This document shows, piece after piece, positions 62,225-64,000 of a stretch of 64,000 bases of DNA. The stretch spans positions 55,368,001 to 55,432,000 of the forward strand of contig NC_086108.1 of the NCBI RefSeq assembly GCF_963921235.1, written 5' to 3'. How positions within the stretch are numbered: position 1 is the first letter of the stretch; the number at the start of each line of letters is the position of its first letter. Under the pieces are notes generated by a model, which saw nothing but the letters and a program-made list of their open reading frames with translations, ran no database searches and had not been told where the DNA came from. The DNA is from Mobula hypostoma. Its lineage: Eukaryota. Both the position numbers and the translations under genes were made by a program.

Positions 62225-63820
62225 TGAGGCAAGGCGGACACAGCTTCATTGACCTGATACAATTTGCAGGTGTTTGTTGTCTTGAGGCAATTCGGGGTGG
62301 ATAAATCCCCAGGGCCTGACAAGGCATTCCCCCAGACCCTGCAGGAGGCAAGTGCAGAAATTGCCAGGACCCTAGCAGAGATGTTTAAATTATCCTTCCT
62401 GACTGGTAAGATACCAGAGGATTGGAGGATAGCTAATATTGTTTCGCTGTTTAAGAAAGGCTCTAAAAATAAACCAGGAAACTATTGGCTGGTGACCCTG
62501 ACATCAGTAGTGGGAAAGTTAATGGAAGGTATTCTAAGGGACCAGATAAATAACTATTTGAATAGACATAGACTGATTAGGGATTGTCAGCATGGCTTCA
62601 TGTGTGGTTGGTCATGTCTTACCAACCTTAGAGTTTATTTTTGGGAACTACCAGGAATGTGGATGAAGGCAAGGCAGTGGATGTGGTCTACGTGAACTTG
62701 ACAAGACATATGACGAGGTCCCATATTGGGATGTTGGTCAAGAAGGTTCAGTCACTCAGGATTCAAGCTGAAGTAGTAAAAGGGATTAGGCATTGACTTT
62801 GTGGGAGAGGCTGAGAGTGATGGTGAATGGTTGCTTCTCTGACTGGAGGCATGTGACTAGTGGAGTGCCACAGGGTCCGTGGTTGTTGATATAGATGACA
62901 GTGTTGTTAACTGGATCAGCAAATTTGTGGATGTCACCAAGGTTTGAGACAGTAAGGAGGGTATCATAACTTGCAGCAGGAGTCTGGACCAGCTGGAAAA
63001 ATGGGTTGAAAATGGCAGATGGAATTTAATGCAGACGCATACGAGGTGTTGCATTTTTGTAGGACCAACCAGGGAAGGTTTTGCACAGTGAACGGCAGGG
63101 TACAGGGGAGTGTGGTAGAACAAAGGGAACTGGGAATACAGGTCCATAGTTCATTGAAAATGTTGTCACATATAAATAGGGTCATAAAGAATCCTTTTGG
63201 CACAATAGCCTTCATAAATCAAGGTACTGAATGTAGGAGATGGTATGTTGAATTTGTATAAGACATTAGCGAGGACTAATTGGAGTATTGTGTGCAGGTT
63301 TGGTCCCCTACCGACAGGAAAGATATCAACAAGATAGAAAGAATAGAGAGAAGATTTACAAGAATGTTGCATGGTCTGGAGAACCTGAGGTAAGGAAAAA
63401 TTGAATAGGTTAGGGCATTATTCTTTGGAATGTAGAAGATTGAGAGGAGATTTGATAGAGATGTACAAAATTATCGTTTGTATGAGGGGTATAGATAGGG
63501 TGTCAATGCAAGCAGGCTTTTTCCACTGAGGTTGGGTGGGACTACAACCAGATGTCATGGGTTAAGGATGAAAGGTGAAAAGTTTAAGGGGAACATGGGG
63601 GAAACTTCTTCACTCAGTGGGTCATGAAAATGTGGAATGAGCTGCCAGCACAAGTGTGCATGCGAGCTCGATTTCAACATTCAAGAAAAGTTCGGCTAGG
63701 TACATGGATGGTCGCGGTATGAAGGGCTGTGATCCAGGTGGAGGTCAATGGAAGTCGGCAGTTTAACTATTCAGCACGGACTGGATGGGCTGAAGGTCTT
63801 GGTTCTGTGCTGTACTTTTT
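62225..63820 (+). mobile_element. CR1 LINE RT region and tail, decayed
   Basis: ORF 62264-62695 (DKSPGPD..IPEDWRIANIVSLFKKG..PGNY..QHGF) and 63019-63261; tail near 63785-63818. Confidence 0.95.
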
Positions 63821-64000
63821 TAAAATGATTCTATAACATATATAAAAAATGTAACCAGGCGTTTGCTACTCAGCTTCATGAGTTGTTTCATTATTTAACC
63901 GTGGCTCATTTACTTGAGTTATTCCCTTGATTCCTTTTAAATTGAACAATCAATCGATCTTGGTTTTGGATGAAACCAGTGACTGAGCTTCTACAAGTTC

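Noticed and set aside
1..64000. Prokaryotic systems (CRISPR, retron, defence operons) suggested by RT and nuclease ORFs
   Set aside because: No repeat-spacer arrays or operons; all RT and nuclease fragments belong to eukaryotic retroelement clades.

Overview
This is 64 kb of eukaryotic, gene-free DNA dominated by transposons. The repeat mix (abundant CR1, Rex1/Babar, Neptune-type Penelope, V-SINE) points by inference to a cartilaginous fish, probably a ray. I found no host protein-coding gene, rRNA or true tRNA; the listed ORFs that I can recognise are broken transposon frames, and the rest look like antisense noise. Content: CR1 LINEs (one near full length), many Rex1/Babar fragments, an R4/Rex6-like element, an L1 fragment, a decayed Gypsy, Tc1, two pogo/Tigger families, two Charlie-type hATs, a MITE with a 6-bp TSD, several SINEs and many Penelope-like element (PLE) pieces. 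The most interesting signal is RNA structure. The PLE terminal repeats carry minimal type-I hammerhead ribozymes (best copy 50804-50839). Two ~140-200 bp non-coding fold-back inserts (14033-14169, 49233-49431) have clean 13-14 bp TSDs, and their inversion points map onto the ribozyme. Several multi-layer nestings are resolvable by TSDs. All calls were made by eye; boundaries without a TSD or TIR are approximate.
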